Shown piece by piece: positions 62,736-64,000 of a DNA stretch of 64,000 nt. How positions within the stretch are numbered: position 1 is the first letter of the stretch; every line of letters starts with the position of its first letter. This DNA is from Anolis carolinensis. Its lineage: Eukaryota. The stretch lies in assembly GCF_035594765.1 (NCBI RefSeq), contig NC_085844.1, positions 74,601,923 through 74,665,922 on the forward strand. The letters are read 5' to 3'. The position numbers were made by a program, and so were the translations under genes. The notes below the pieces were generated by a model. The model did no database searches. It saw only the letters and a program-made list of their open reading frames with translations, and was not told the origin of the DNA.

Positions 62736-64000
62736 ATTTCCATTTATATGTATATTTTATTAATGTTCAATGTATTTAATTTTAATTGATTGAATGTTTT
62801 GTATTATTTTTATACATGTGTTTTATTGTAAACCGCCCTGTGTCCCCTATTGGGCGGGATACAAGTACTGTAATAAATAAATAAATAAATAAATAAAATA
62901 AGATAATAATAATCATCATCATTATCATCACCTGGGTTTCAGGGATACCTCATTATTATCTCTTCGACCAGTGCTTCCAAAGCTATTATTATTTTTCAGT
63001 GTCCCAGGAACTGGCACTATATTTGTGCCCATTTGCTACAGCTGTTTCTTTCTTTCCTGGAAACATGCCAGGTACCAGCCTTCAATGGCTCAGCAATGGG
63101 CAAAACATCCACATTGACTACTTACCGCGAAGGTGCCCCAGATCACCTCTGTGGCAGCCAAATGTGGGATAAGGCCAACTTAATGCAGGAGGTCAGGAAG
63201 GGGGGGGGGGAAGGAGGGGTGATTTCTCCTCCCCCATCTATCTTGTTGCTTTGATGTCCTAACTGATTTCACTTCAGGTGACAACCTACTGGTTGGACCA
63301 TGTTGTGCCTGGAGACCGTCACAACATGAACAACAGGAGGAGACAGTAAGGGTTGCTGTCTGGTGGCACCAAACTGGATTCAATGTCCCTGGACAGTTTG
63401 AATTCCCCCTCTCCTCCACAGTGTCTGTGGGATTGTGGCTTTGAAAACCGTTCCTGGGGCTGATCTGGATTGGTGTGGCGTATGCCAAATCAGTCCCCAG
63501 GATCAGTCCCAAGATGGGTCAGCATAGATCTACCCAGAATCAGTCTGGAAGCTACTTCTTTTGAGTAGTATTAGTTTAGACTTTAACATCTTTTTATTCT
63601 TCAAGGTGTTTAGCAACCGCCTTGTGTTTCTGCAGGTTGCATTGATTTCCTGATAGTTTGTATTGACTGCACTTTGCGACTCAGGTGTTCTTTTTAATTG
63701 ATCAATTTCATTCTTGTATTTAATAATTAACTTGGCCACCTTGGGTGACTGGGAATTACACATAGCTGAGCGTGTAGAATTCTTTCCAGGTGACTGAGCT
63801 GGCTGCCAAAAGAGGTGACAAAGTGCTCCATCCCTTGTTTATCAGTCGGCTTCCAAGCTGACCACTGAAGAAGGACCTTCCCATTTTCCCATTTCCACAC
63901 ACTTCCCTGTTTCCAGGATTCATTTTAGGAAAGTCTTACTCATACATTCTTTACTGAGGATTAAGAACTCATTCATATACCCTGTTTCCCTGAAAATAAG

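Noticed and set aside
63180-63960. Coding-like minus-strand stretch at the window end
   Set aside because: Broken by stops and frame changes; probably an old TE ORF, family not recognised

Overview
Vertebrate genomic DNA, very likely a squamate and probably Anolis; this is inferred from the mix of Sauria SINE, BovB-RTE, CR1, L2, Penelope, hAT and Helitron repeats. The window holds the conserved C6orf62-ACOT13-TDP2-KIAA0319 block. Genes reconstructed by hand from GT-AG boundaries: C6orf62 (+, 5 coding exons, 230 aa), TWO intact ACOT13/THEM2 genes (-, 3 exons each, 141 aa each, 14 aa different by my count), TDP2 (+, 7 exons, 366 aa, head-to-head with the second ACOT13, ATGs 162 nt apart), and a CpG-rich probable first non-coding exon of KIAA0319. 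The two ACOT13 genes come from a tandem duplication (about 15150-26316 versus 29471-39236) that also copied the bidirectional promoter and part of TDP2 exon 1. The most unusual signal is that this promoter is an inverted repeat: 70-bp arms with a 7-nt spacer in copy A, and about 35-bp arms in copy B. Paralog-specific changes are mirrored in both arms of each copy. Other notable items: a rewritten active-site loop in ACOT13-B, relics of TDP2 exons 1 and 6, a chain of ATGA-overlapping uORFs before C6orf62, Penelope minimal hammerhead ribozymes, and a fold-back CR1 palindrome. Repeat family names and repeat boundaries come from recognition by eye, not from a database search.
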